Assembly (NCBI GenBank): GCA_963765895.1 | Contig: CAVXZB010000084.1 | Coordinates: 160,001-224,000 of the forward strand | Direction: 5' to 3' | Length of the DNA stretch: 64,000 bases | From: an uncultured Nitrososphaeraceae archaeon | Lineage (GTDB): Archaea; Thermoproteota; Nitrososphaeria; Nitrososphaerales; Nitrososphaeraceae | Shown: in pieces, positions 10,977 through 21,169 of the stretch | Layout: each line of letters begins with the position of its first letter | Numbering within the stretch: position 1 is the stretch's first letter | Notes under the pieces: generated by a model | The model's input: the letters and a program-made list of their open reading frames with translations, nothing else | Told to the model about the DNA's origin: nothing | Databases searched by the model: none | Made by a program: the position numbers and the translations under genes

Positions 10977-12609
10977 ATGAATTATCCTTCTTCTCCAATA
11001 TGGGCGGTTCAGTCCATCTGAGACCTTCGAGGACTAGCTCAGTAACAGAGGCTGTAAATTCTCCGTCCATTTTGTTAGACAGAATTAAATTGTCAAGTGC
11101 AATTTCATGGTCCTTGGCAGCTTTTACAAACTCTTCTTGTTCCGCCTGAATTAAGCCAAACATCTTGATTACAATTTTATTCAATGCTGGAAATCTAGCC
11201 AATTTGGATTCATAATCAAAAGAATTAATTTTCTTGTGACCTATGATGCTCTGCGACACTTCAAAGGTCTTGTTTTTAGTAAACTCATTTTTTATTTTGG
11301 ATATATCTGTTATCGAAATTTTGCGTATGTATTCGCTGGAGATCTGTTTAATCGCATCTGCAATTATAAGGTTTAGTACATTGAATCGATTTTCGTATGT
11401 ATCTTCAACATCTAACAGTTCGAATTTTGATGCCTGACAAATGCTATGGAAATCACAAAACCTTGGAATAACCGTGACTTTATTTTTTATTGATCTAGTT
11501 CGTTCAGTTTCTCCGATTAAAAGTTCCAAGGAATGAATTCCCATTCTGACGCTAACTCCCCTCTCCTGATTAATGTCAGGATGTTCTCTGGCAATATGCG
11601 CAATTTTCGCCATAGCCTTTAATATATGGACAGGCAGCAAAACGTTATCCCTGTCAACAATTTTTACTTCTTGTGACATTATCAACATCTCATCAAAAAT
11701 ATGCTTTGGATAGTGGGTTCTTACATGACTTCTTAGTCTATCAAAAAGTGGTTCGATTATTTTACCGGAATGAGTATAGTCAATTGGGTTAGCCGTAGCA
11801 ACGATCTTTACATCAGGCTTGAAGATTATTGGATATGCACCTGTTGTAAATTTTCCTTCTTGCAGGACACTGAGTAAGGCCACTTGTTTCCTAGGATCGA
11901 GCACAGGAAGCTCATCAATACAAATAATTCCGTGTCTTGCTTGTAATAATTGGCCCGCGGAATACGATTCAATATCGTATATTTCTACACCTTTCTTTAC
12001 GATCTTAATTGCATCGATCTGCCCTACTAGATCCTTTACAGATATATCGGGAGTAGCAAGGATATACCGATAGCGACTCACGCCATCAATCCAGTCAATC
12101 TTTGTATCCAATTTATTATCTCTAATCGTAGTTTCACAATCTGCAGAAACAGAAAATTCTGGTGATATTCTCTTTATTGCGACATCATTTAACATCGCAA
12201 TTAATTCCTCTTCGGGAATTGTAATGGGTATGTCGTTAGTGAGAGTACCTCTGACGACAGGAACTAAGGACAATAGATTCTTTGCAATGGATTCGGCAAT
12301 CTTTGTCTTGGCCTGACCAATCTGTCCAACAAGGAGTAGGTCATGTCCTGACAATATTGCTCTGTTCAAGGCTGGTACGACATCGTCATCATATCCGATA
12401 ATTCCACGATATGGATTTTGCCCACTCTGGATTTTGGAAACGAGATTACCTCTGATCTGTTGTTCAATCGTTGGCGGTTTATAATTTATCGTGAGCAAAT
12501 CACCAAGTGTTTTAATCTCCCTAAAGCAAGCAGGAACACCAAGCATTAATTCAGAATAGTTTGGAATAGATGAATAAGAGAGATGTACTAAATTGTTGAT
12601 TGAGCTCAT
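10963..12609 (-). CDS. Mg-chelatase ChlI-like/MoxR-related AAA+ ATPase
   Basis: GIIGYDDDVVP, GQIGQAKT Walker A, ATPDISVKDLVG, ICIDELP Walker B, ATANPIDYT, GVSVR. Confidence 0.82.
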   Translation of the reverse strand: MSSINNLVHLSYSSIPNYSELMLGVPACFREIKTLGDLLTINYKPPTIEQQIRGNLVSKIQSGQNPYRGIIGYDDDVVPALNRAILSGHDLLLVGQIGQAKTKIAESIAKNLLSLVPVVRGTLTNDIPITIPEEELIAMLNDVAIKRISPEFSVSADCETTIRDNKLDTKIDWIDGVSRYRYILATPDISVKDLVGQIDAIKIVKKGVEIYDIESYSAGQLLQARHGIICIDELPVLDPRKQVALLSVLQEGKFTTGAYPIIFKPDVKIVATANPIDYTHSGKIIEPLFDRLRSHVRTHYPKHIFDEMLIMSQEVKIVDRDNVLLPVHILKAMAKIAHIAREHPDINQERGVSVRMGIHSLELLIGETERTRSIKNKVTVIPRFCDFHSICQASKFELLDVEDTYENRFNVLNLIIADAIKQISSEYIRKISITDISKIKNEFTKNKTFEVSQSIIGHKKINSFDYESKLARFPALNKIVIKMFGLIQAEQEEFVKAAKDHEIALDNLILSNKMDGEFTASVTELVLEGLRWTEPPILEKKDNSYASA

Positions 12610-12940
12610 AAAATAGATGTCATGACTTAAGTAGACATATATTTATTTAAATCCCTAATGATTATTAAGACAATGCACGTAACTTTCACTCTTATTCTTA
12701 TCTATAATTCCAAATGACTTAACATTATTTTCACTTTCAAAGATTTGCTGGGCTCAGTCATAGTGGGAAGCTCATTCTCCTATCAATATCAAAATGCCGT
12801 AATTTTTATCATGCACGAATTTTTTTATAAAACTAGATGGGACTTGAACCTAGCAAATTAATATTCGTTAGACTATCCATCTAGCGGATATGAATCCTTT
12901 AGCATGGTTTTTATTTCGGATTCTTCATCGTGATTCTGAT

Positions 12941-13501
12941 TTGTCTGCTTTGGAGTACCGTCACATCCTAAGAATATCTGGTAAAGATATCGATGGGAGT
13001 AAAAAAATTATTGTTGCTTTAAGCATGATAAGGGGTATAGGCTACAATCTTGCTCAGGTAATGCTTCAATCTCTTAATATAAATCCGTATATACGAGTAG
13101 GGTTCGCGACAGAAAGCGAACTGAAAGAAATCGAATTAACAATCAAGGATCCGTCAAGAGTAGGAATCCCTCTTTGGTACCTTAACAGAAGGAAAGACAT
13201 GGATACCGGGTCTGACAAACACTTAATTACTTCTGATCTAGATTTTACGATTTCAAATGATATAGAACGTGAAAAATCGGTCATGAGCTGGCGCGGTTAT
13301 AGACACATGTTTGGGCTAAAAGTAAGAGGGCAGCATACAAGGACCTCAGGAAGAAAAGCTGGTGCTGTTGGAGTCAAAAGGTTAACCAAGCCAGGTGGCA
13401 CTGCTCCGTCTGCTCCTGCAGGCGCGGCAACATCGACGACAGCTACTTCAACACCTGCTAAACCAGCAAGTGGAGTGACTGCTGGCGAAGCTAACAAGTA
13501 G
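12941..13501 (+). CDS. rps13: 30S ribosomal protein uS13
   Basis: YRHILRISGKDIDG, WYLNRRKD, SWRGYRHMFGLKVRGQHTRTSGR; TTG 12941 is the likely start. Confidence 0.95.
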   Translation: MSALEYRHILRISGKDIDGSKKIIVALSMIRGIGYNLAQVMLQSLNINPYIRVGFATESELKEIELTIKDPSRVGIPLWYLNRRKDMDTGSDKHLITSDLDFTISNDIEREKSVMSWRGYRHMFGLKVRGQHTRTSGRKAGAVGVKRLTKPGGTAPSAPAGAATSTTATSTPAKPASGVTAGEANK

Positions 13502-13517
13502 GAAATGTTGATAAGAA

Positions 13518-14030
13518 ATGGGTGATCCTCGTAAGCCAAAAAAGACATACAGTAGGCCGAGAAGAATGTGGACTACGGACCAGCTCAGCGCTGAACTTTA
13601 TCTAGTGGGAACCTATGGTTTGAGAAATAAGAGAGAGCTCTGGAAGGCCCAGACAGAAGTAGCTAGATTGAGAAATCAAGCTCGCGCACTACTATCTCTT
13701 AGTGCAGAGGCCCGAAGTGACAAGGAAACTCAATTACTTAATTTTTTGAACCGATTAGGCCTGGTCAATGAAGGCGCGACACTAGATGATATTCTAAATC
13801 TGAAAATCGAAGATTTGCTAGAGAGAAGGCTGCAGAATATAATAATGAGAAAGACTGGAAATAAGTCTCCGTACTTTTCAAGGCAGTTGGTCGTGCACAG
13901 ACACGTCTCGATCGGTAATCGATTCATAAATCTGCCTGGCTATTTGGTGAAAAAAAATGAAGAACAGCAGATTTTAGTTCATCTCGACGTACACAGGAGT
14001 ACATCCGGAACCCCTCAAGAACAGGTTTAG
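13518..14030 (+). CDS. rps4: 30S ribosomal protein uS4
   Basis: MGDPRKPKKTYSRP, YGLRNKRELWK, LLERRLQ, ARQ-like SRQLVVHRHV. Confidence 0.95.
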   Translation: MGDPRKPKKTYSRPRRMWTTDQLSAELYLVGTYGLRNKRELWKAQTEVARLRNQARALLSLSAEARSDKETQLLNFLNRLGLVNEGATLDDILNLKIEDLLERRLQNIIMRKTGNKSPYFSRQLVVHRHVSIGNRFINLPGYLVKKNEEQQILVHLDVHRSTSGTPQEQV

Positions 14031-14061
14031 CTTGGTGTAGTTCTGTAGTTCTGTATGTTCT

Positions 14062-14976
14062 TTAATATTCTGCGATCACATCGACATGATCTATTTTACC
14101 ATCCGAATTCATATCGAATCCTTGGACAACAAGTGCCCACTCTTCTTCGCTTCGATAACTCTTTAGGATTTTCTCGCTAAAGTTTGTCAGTGCAATGACT
14201 GCAGATTTAGTACCAATTGATCTAACACCCGCAATCACAATTATGCTGCCGCTGCCGCTATAAGGATTTTTTATTTTTGCAATGAGTCCCTGACTATCCG
14301 AGTTATATATTTCGTTCGAACTCTTTTCCAAACCCGCCCAGAAATTTGATTCATTAAATTTTATAGGCAAATATTTATTAAATTCTGCAGTAACGATATT
14401 CGTCCCAGGACCTCCTATGGAAATTATGTTACGATTGTCTAAAACTCTTTCTGCTTTAGCATCAGCGTCAAGCTTGACCACAAATTCTGATGGAATGTTA
14501 GTAAGGGTTCCTAAAAAAAATGCTAATTGAACTGCATAATGCCCGTCCCTTGCTGATGATCTGTATGGACCATGGGGGCCTGGCGCACCCACTACAATGA
14601 GACCGTCGAAAGAATTATCTATGATAAAGTCATTGAAAAAATCCTTTGTGTAGTGTTTGTTGTTTTCATGATCAACGGTTATTTCTGACTGCCTTTCACC
14701 CCAGTCCATTTCTATTCCAAAGGATGGACAAGTTGATCGGAATAACCTAGCAGTACCGCCCCTAACAAGAGCTGTTCCAACATCTTCCAATGCACCGATA
14801 GAATTCAACTTGCGTGTATAATAGTAAGCGCTCTGTTCATAGATTCCAAGTTCCTTAGCAACTTGTGCGGTGTACATTGGTCTAGATGACAAAAGCTGCA
14901 TTATTTTCCAGGCGGTTGGATTAGATATAATTCGCAATTGGTCAACACTGTCATAGATAATTATTTCTTTTGCCAT
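14062..14976 (-). CDS. ArsR-like wHTH regulator with C-terminal alpha/beta domain
   Basis: N-terminal ISNPTAWKIMQLLSSRPMYTAQVAKELGIYEQSAYYYTRKL HTH; C-terminal NIISIGGPGTN motif resembling the archaeal S-layer C-terminal domain. Confidence 0.75.
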   Translation of the reverse strand: MAKEIIIYDSVDQLRIISNPTAWKIMQLLSSRPMYTAQVAKELGIYEQSAYYYTRKLNSIGALEDVGTALVRGGTARLFRSTCPSFGIEMDWGERQSEITVDHENNKHYTKDFFNDFIIDNSFDGLIVVGAPGPHGPYRSSARDGHYAVQLAFFLGTLTNIPSEFVVKLDADAKAERVLDNRNIISIGGPGTNIVTAEFNKYLPIKFNESNFWAGLEKSSNEIYNSDSQGLIAKIKNPYSGSGSIIVIAGVRSIGTKSAVIALTNFSEKILKSYRSEEEWALVVQGFDMNSDGKIDHVDVIAEY

Positions 14977-15194
14977 GAATCCTTTTTCTATATTGTAAAC
15001 CAGGGTCTTCTTCTTCAACAATATTTTTTTCAGAACCTATTATAATAATATATAGCGGTACAATTCTATTTTTAGCTGAATCGTTATATGCATCTGGCTT
15101 TCAAAGTTTCTTATCTGGACCTCCATAAATAGAACTATAACGGTACAAATAAAGCTTCATAATTTTTAAAAAGAGTCTTTATTGTTTATCTATT

Positions 15195-16959
15195 GTGTGT
15201 TCAATTATCGGGTATAAAGGCAATCTATACGCTGCTCCAGTTCTCATAGATAGCCTAAAAAAAATGGAGTATAGAGGTTATGATAGTGTAGGGATTAGCA
15301 CTATTGATGATGGCACTATGCTTGTACGGAAGGGCGTGGGAAAAGTGGCTGAGGTCGATAGGCATTTGGAATTAAATGAAATGCCTGGTAAAACAGGCAT
15401 CGGACACACCAGGTGGGCTACGCATGGACTGGTAAACGATAAAAACGCTCATCCTCACACCGACTGTAATGGAAGTATAGCGGTAGTTCACAATGGAATT
15501 ATAGAAAACTACGAGGAGCTGAAGACGGAATTAATACATAAAGGACATTCATTTAAAAGTGATACCGATAGTGAAGTCATCGCTCATTTAATAGAGGAAC
15601 ATCATAAGTCGAATAAGGATATTAAATCTGTTATGATAGAGACATGTAAATGTCTGAAGGGCGCCTTTGCCTTTGTTTCAGTATTTGAAAATGGTGCGTT
15701 AACTGGTGCACGATTCGATGAACCTCTAATTATAGGAATTGACCAAAACGCTTGCTTTATTTCAAGTGATGTTCTAGGATTCCTAAAATACACCGATAGG
15801 GCAGTATTCCTTGACAACAGAGATATCGTGATTGTAGATAAATCTGGAATCCAGTTGTTTGATTTCGATGGAAATACCGTAATTCGTCAACCTACCGAGG
15901 TTGCATGGGAGCTAGCCACCGCTGATAAAGGGAGATATGCACATCATACCCTAAAGGAAATACACGAACAAAGTAAAATCGTATCAAAGTTCAATAACCG
16001 AGATACACATAGGTTAACCCAATTTTGTAACTTTTTGTCGGATGCCCAAAGTGTGTATATTACAGGGAGCGGAAGCAGCTATCACTCAGCTTTGATTGGA
16101 AAATATCTTATGGCAAAATATCCCAAAATTAGGGCAGAATGTGTGATGTCTAGCGAATTCCAATATGTCCAAGATCTTATTGATGATCATGCTGTAGTAA
16201 TAGCTATTTCGCAGAGTGGTGAAAGTGCTGATGTCCTACAAGCAGTTAAGGCAGCTAAACAAAAGGGCGCGACAATACTTTCAATAGTCAATATTACTAC
16301 TTCATCATTAGCTAGAATAAGTGATTGCTTTTTGGAGATTGGGTGCGGCCCCGAAATTGGGGTGGCTGCCACGAAAAGTTTTACATCGCAGACTATTAGT
16401 TCTATATGGAATTATCAATAATCTGTGCAAGGACTTCAGATTTTGGAAGGGTTTGAGTAGTTTGGCAGAATCTACCGAAGCAACGCTTTCTATCGAACCA
16501 GAAATAGAAAAAATATCTGACAAAATAAAAAGCTTCAAAGACATATACATTATGGGTAGAGCATTACATTATCCCATAGCGCTTGAAGGAGCGTTGAAAA
16601 TTAAGGAGTTATCATATATTCATGCCGAGGGAATGGCTGGTGGGGAACTGAAACACGGACCATTAGCTGTTGTAGATAAAAATACATTGATATTCGTAAT
16701 TAATCCATCTGACTCGACATATGGTGATATTATCGCAAATGCGCACGAGATCAAAGCGAGAGGTGCCACGATTATTGGCATCTCAGATATGAAAAATAAT
16801 GTGTATGATTACCTCATAAAAATACCATCAGTGGATGAGATTCTCTACCCACTCGTAGAGGTAATTCCCTTTCAACTTGTAGCATATTACCTAGCACTCG
16901 TGAGTAATGCCGATCCAGACTACCCCCGCAACCTAGCAAAATCCGTGACGGTGAAATGA
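15195..16959 (+). CDS. glmS: Glutamine-fructose-6-phosphate aminotransferase (indel near 16395)
   Basis: MCSIIG, YRGYDS, GHTRWATHG, HNGIIEN, SQSGES, GPEIGVAATK; second frame ELKHGP...PRNLAKSVTVK. Confidence 0.95.
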
Positions 16960-17074
16960 GGAATCAGATTTTTGTCTTGGCTAGTTATTGCGTATAAACT
17001 ATGGGCTTGCGACAGACAAATTAGGCGACTTAACTATAAATAGAGATAAAAAATAACAAATCTCGCTTTAATGG

Positions 17075-18535
17075 ATGACTACTGGTGAAAGAGATTATGA
17101 TGTTATAGTCGCAGGGGGTGGCCTGGCAGGCATGATTGCTGCCTGTTCAGTTGCTTTCTACTCAGATCAGTCTCTTAGAGTTCTTGTCATAGACAGAAAC
17201 CTATCATCAAGCTTGGGGAAAAAAACCGTCACCGGTTGGATCTGTGGTGATGCGGTTGGTAAGAAGGCAGTCGATTACATGTCAAACAGAATTGGGATCA
17301 GATGGGAAAACCCTGAAATCGAACACAATGTAAAAGGTGTAGTAGCCTATTCTCCAAACCATGAAACTGCTGTTTCTTTTGATGGCGAAGGATATCTTCT
17401 AAATAGAAAAGTTCTGCCACAAAAGCAAATGAATGACGCCCTTAACTGGGGCATAGAAGTTAAGGACAGGGTCGCGTTGAGATCGTTAATTTATGAGGAT
17501 AATATGATCGTTGGTGTTCTAGGCGAGGAGATCGATACTAAAGAAGTGTTCAAACGAACCTCGAAATTGGTAATTGATTGTACTGGGGTAACATCTGTTC
17601 TCAGATCAAATTTGCCCATCAAGTCTTTTATTGAAAAGAGGATAAATCGAAACGATTTGGAAGCCACCGGTCGATATATCTATACTTTTGAGATTGCCCG
17701 ACATGATAAGACTTACTTTGACCCAGATTATTGTATTATTCATTTAGATCAAGAGATCGCTCCTGGTGGGTATGCATGGGTTTTCCCCAAAGGAGAGAAT
17801 AAGGCGAACATAGGATTGGGCGTACAGCAGAAAGCATTAGAGTCCCTTAATAAAAGAAACGGTACAAAAAAGGATCTAAAATCACTAATAGATGAATATA
17901 TTCGTTCTAATCCAGTCTTAAAAAATCTGAAAATGACGGACGAGAAATCGGATGAGGGAAATTCATGGGGGACCTGGCAGGTCTCAGTTCGTAGGCAGAA
18001 CGATTGTCTCGTCGCAAATGGATACATCCTTGTGGGGGACGCTGCGTGGATGCCCAAGCCTATTGATGCTGGCGGAATCGGGCCCGCGATCATAGCTGGT
18101 ACCATTGCTGGAAAAGATGCAGTTCAAGCTATCCAACAAGATGATGTCACTGAAAATGGTCTATGGATATATAATAAGGAATTTGTTGAAGAGTACGGAT
18201 ACAAGACAGCAGGTTTAGAAGTGTTCCGTCGAATGCTACAGGATCTTACCAATGATCAAATTAATTATGGCATGAAGCACTTTCTCTCTAAGATGGATGT
18301 TGAAAAAATTACAAATGGTGAACATCCAGAGTTCAACGCGGTTGACAAGCTATCGATGTTCATGAAAGCGGTGGTTAACCGAACTCTAGCGGAACACTTG
18401 AGCCACACTTCCAAAATGAATGAAAAATTGGTCGCTCACTACCATAATTATCCTGATGATCCCCGAGAATTTCCCCAGTGGCACCTAACTTTGGAACATA
18501 TTCTGGAAGAAGCATTTGCAAAATTTCGAAATTAA
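17075..18535 (+). CDS. Geranylgeranyl reductase family flavoprotein (DGGGPL reductase-like)
   Basis: DVIVAGGGLAG, ICGDAV, PGGYAWVFPKG, LVGDAA, PIDAGGI. Confidence 0.88.
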   Translation: MTTGERDYDVIVAGGGLAGMIAACSVAFYSDQSLRVLVIDRNLSSSLGKKTVTGWICGDAVGKKAVDYMSNRIGIRWENPEIEHNVKGVVAYSPNHETAVSFDGEGYLLNRKVLPQKQMNDALNWGIEVKDRVALRSLIYEDNMIVGVLGEEIDTKEVFKRTSKLVIDCTGVTSVLRSNLPIKSFIEKRINRNDLEATGRYIYTFEIARHDKTYFDPDYCIIHLDQEIAPGGYAWVFPKGENKANIGLGVQQKALESLNKRNGTKKDLKSLIDEYIRSNPVLKNLKMTDEKSDEGNSWGTWQVSVRRQNDCLVANGYILVGDAAWMPKPIDAGGIGPAIIAGTIAGKDAVQAIQQDDVTENGLWIYNKEFVEEYGYKTAGLEVFRRMLQDLTNDQINYGMKHFLSKMDVEKITNGEHPEFNAVDKLSMFMKAVVNRTLAEHLSHTSKMNEKLVAHYHNYPDDPREFPQWHLTLEHILEEAFAKFRN

Positions 18536-18605
18536 CGGTACTTTTATAACTTATCTGATTTAGCAAATTTAGATCCTGTCCCGTAGTTTCATTCATTTTC
18601 TCAAG

Positions 18606-19232
18606 CTATAACTTCTCAAGATGATCTTTTAGATTATCCATCGCTGACATAATCATCTGTCGTCGCTTTTCTTCTGTAATAATTGCTCGAATATCCTCGA
18701 TCAAAACTTTAGCGACATCTAGCTTTCTTCGTAGGCCAGGTACAAGGTTGTCGTATGCGGCAAACGGATAGATTGAGCTATAGATTTCTTCCATAACTAA
18801 AAATAATTTTGTGCTCTCATCCGGTTTTCCAGCTCTCAGTCTATCATACACCATTCGCTTGAGCTCGCCCACACAATCAAGCAGGCCAGTTAAATATGAT
18901 GAGCCGGAGACGCCAAGATCCTTCGAACTTGGCAAGAGTCTGTCCTCTGTTATGGCTCTTAACATATAAGCTTCGACAAGTTCTTGTTCAGGGACACTAA
19001 TATATTTATAGAGGTCAGTTCTAGCCTGTTCTCTCAGGGCGTCTAACGTAGCCTTAGCTCTCTCCATTCGTTGTGTCGCTTTGCTAGTTTCGGACCGATG
19101 CAGAGATATTATTGAATTACTGCAATCATGGAGTACGTCTCGTGTATTTTTGATGAGGCTGTCTCGTCTGGATTCTATATCTTTAAGATCATCGTTAATT
19201 ACGTCCAAGGACATTTTCACACTTGTGAACAA
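18606..19232 (-). CDS. Translin/Trax-like (archaeal C3PO) RNA-binding protein
   Basis: All-helical; EQELVEA, YLTGLLDCVGELKR, LRRKLDVAK motifs. Confidence 0.8.
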   Translation of the reverse strand: MFTSVKMSLDVINDDLKDIESRRDSLIKNTRDVLHDCSNSIISLHRSETSKATQRMERAKATLDALREQARTDLYKYISVPEQELVEAYMLRAITEDRLLPSSKDLGVSGSSYLTGLLDCVGELKRMVYDRLRAGKPDESTKLFLVMEEIYSSIYPFAAYDNLVPGLRRKLDVAKVLIEDIRAIITEEKRRQMIMSAMDNLKDHLEKL

Positions 19233-19338
19233 TGCCTTCCCATCTATCTAATTCAATATAGAGATTTCCATAGTTTAAGATTTGAGAAGACTCGGATGAA
19301 TGAATACAAATAACGGTATGTTGTTTAGCAATAGTATT

Positions 19339-19629
19339 ATGAGCGCGAAGAAAAAAGAGTTGAAGGAAAAGGCCAATGAAGACCGCCTTTCCAAGACGAT
19401 CGTCACACTAGAAGCGATTATAAAAAATCGAGATATTCAGAGAAATACCAGAAACTTGGTGAAAGATGTTCTTGCCACCCTTACTGATGAAAAAGGTGGC
19501 AGTATTTCGGTAAGAGCAGCTAATGCGATCAGTATGTTGGAGGGTCTAACTCAGAGCAGACAGATGGAATCTCATATAAGGACAATGCTTTGGCAGGTCG
19601 TCTCAACTCTGGAAAGTATAAGGGAGTAA
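19339..19629 (+). CDS. UPF0147 family protein
   Basis: IQRNTR...VRAANAISMLE...HIRTMLWQVVSTLESIRE. Confidence 0.85.
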   Translation: MSAKKKELKEKANEDRLSKTIVTLEAIIKNRDIQRNTRNLVKDVLATLTDEKGGSISVRAANAISMLEGLTQSRQMESHIRTMLWQVVSTLESIRE

Positions 19630-19880
19630 TCTATGAATTTATGTAGGTCCCGATATCTGAATCGAATTGTCTGAGTAGCAAATTAGACTCAGTTAAGGTG
19701 GATTGTAAATACATACAGGCTCGATAGTATAAAATATATCTACAGGTTTGATAATATCCGAAATTGATAACTCACTAAATCTGATGGGAAATTCTTAAAA
19801 TATATAATCATTATTCCACGTGTCTAGAGCGAATAAATTAAATGATAGGTCTACGAGACCAAAACAAAGGTATTTGAAGA

Positions 19881-20768
19881 GTGAGTATTAGTGACTATAT
19901 AGAAGTATCGAAGCCACGTATCGTAGTAGTACTAGTAATCACTGCAGTTACATCTTTACTAGCAGGCAGCAGATTCGATAATACTCCTACTATAGGTTGG
20001 GATGTCTCGTTTTGGCAGATAGGTTTTCTTTCCTTGGCAGGGGCTTTAGCTTCAATGGGATCAAGCGCTCTTAATCATTATTATGATAGAGACATAGATA
20101 AGATAATGCTTAGGACGTCGCTTCGGCCTCTGCCTGCGGGTAGGCTGCTTCCACGAAATGTACTTGTATATGGACTCGGTGCATGCATATTGGCTGTGAT
20201 TATTGCATGGATTACCCTAAATCCTGTAGCGACAGGGATGATCATACTTGGAATATTATTCTATGTTATTGTATATACACTATGGCTTAAGCGAAGTAAT
20301 GCCTCAAATATTGTAATCGGCGGTTTCGCCGGAAGTGCTGCTTCTATGGCGGGATGGGCGACAGCTACTGGATCCATTGACCTTCTAGGTTTTTTAGTAG
20401 GCTGGCTTGTATTCATGTGGACACCTCCGCATTTTTGGTGTTTGGCTATTAAGGCAAGAGAAGAGTATGCGAGTGTTAATGTTCCAATGTTACCTGTTCT
20501 AGTAGGCAATCAGAAGGCCGCTAGCTATATCTTTTTAAATACTCTTATTCTTCTGCCCTACTCCATATCTCTATATTTTTTTGGGCTAGGACTTTTATAT
20601 ACTATAATAGCTGCTTTTTCAGGATCCTTGATGTTGATTTACCATTATAAACTAACTAAAAATGCTACTTCACAGTATGCCTGGAAGGCTTACAAAGTCA
20701 CTGCCCCATATTTGGTAGTAGTCTTCATTGGATTAGCATTGGATGCTCTGTTTTACTACAGATTATGA
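19881..20768 (+). CDS. ctaB: Protoheme IX farnesyltransferase (heme o synthase)
   Basis: SKPRIV, NHYYDRDIDKIMLRTSLRPLP, YTLWLKR, FMWTPPHFW. Confidence 0.93.
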   Translation: MSISDYIEVSKPRIVVVLVITAVTSLLAGSRFDNTPTIGWDVSFWQIGFLSLAGALASMGSSALNHYYDRDIDKIMLRTSLRPLPAGRLLPRNVLVYGLGACILAVIIAWITLNPVATGMIILGILFYVIVYTLWLKRSNASNIVIGGFAGSAASMAGWATATGSIDLLGFLVGWLVFMWTPPHFWCLAIKAREEYASVNVPMLPVLVGNQKAASYIFLNTLILLPYSISLYFFGLGLLYTIIAAFSGSLMLIYHYKLTKNATSQYAWKAYKVTAPYLVVVFIGLALDALFYYRL

Positions 20769-20844
20769 TAGTGCAACTAGATGATGTTTCCCCTAGTTAC
20801 AATGTAGACTCAACTACATGCGATTGGCTAGATACAAAGTTTAG

Positions 20845-21063
20845 CTAGACAGATTCTATTCTACGTTTGTCCTTTGCGATCCAAGATACCTTGATCAGAC
20901 CATATATCTCAAGATCTAACAAGGTCTTATCCAAGTCAGCATTGGTAAGTGAAATATTATCTCTAGTTAAGCTGTTTATAAGATCTACGTCAGTGGTATT
21001 CCCTACATTCTTTATCTTTTCATAGATTAAGTTACGCAGCGGATATTTCATATAATATTGCAA
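20845..21063 (-). CDS. Small winged-helix protein linked to cdc48
   Basis: DLDKTLLDLEIYGLIKVSW wHTH-like pattern; directly downstream of cdc48. Confidence 0.7.
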   Translation of the reverse strand: MQYYMKYPLRNLIYEKIKNVGNTTDVDLINSLTRDNISLTNADLDKTLLDLEIYGLIKVSWIAKDKRRIESV

Positions 21064-21169
21064 AGTATGTCAGAGGCATATATCAACAATATGAAAATAC
21101 AATAGCACGTGTTTGTACATACAACCTGATCGAATATCGGTTAAGTTATAGTGGAGCGGCAATGTAACC

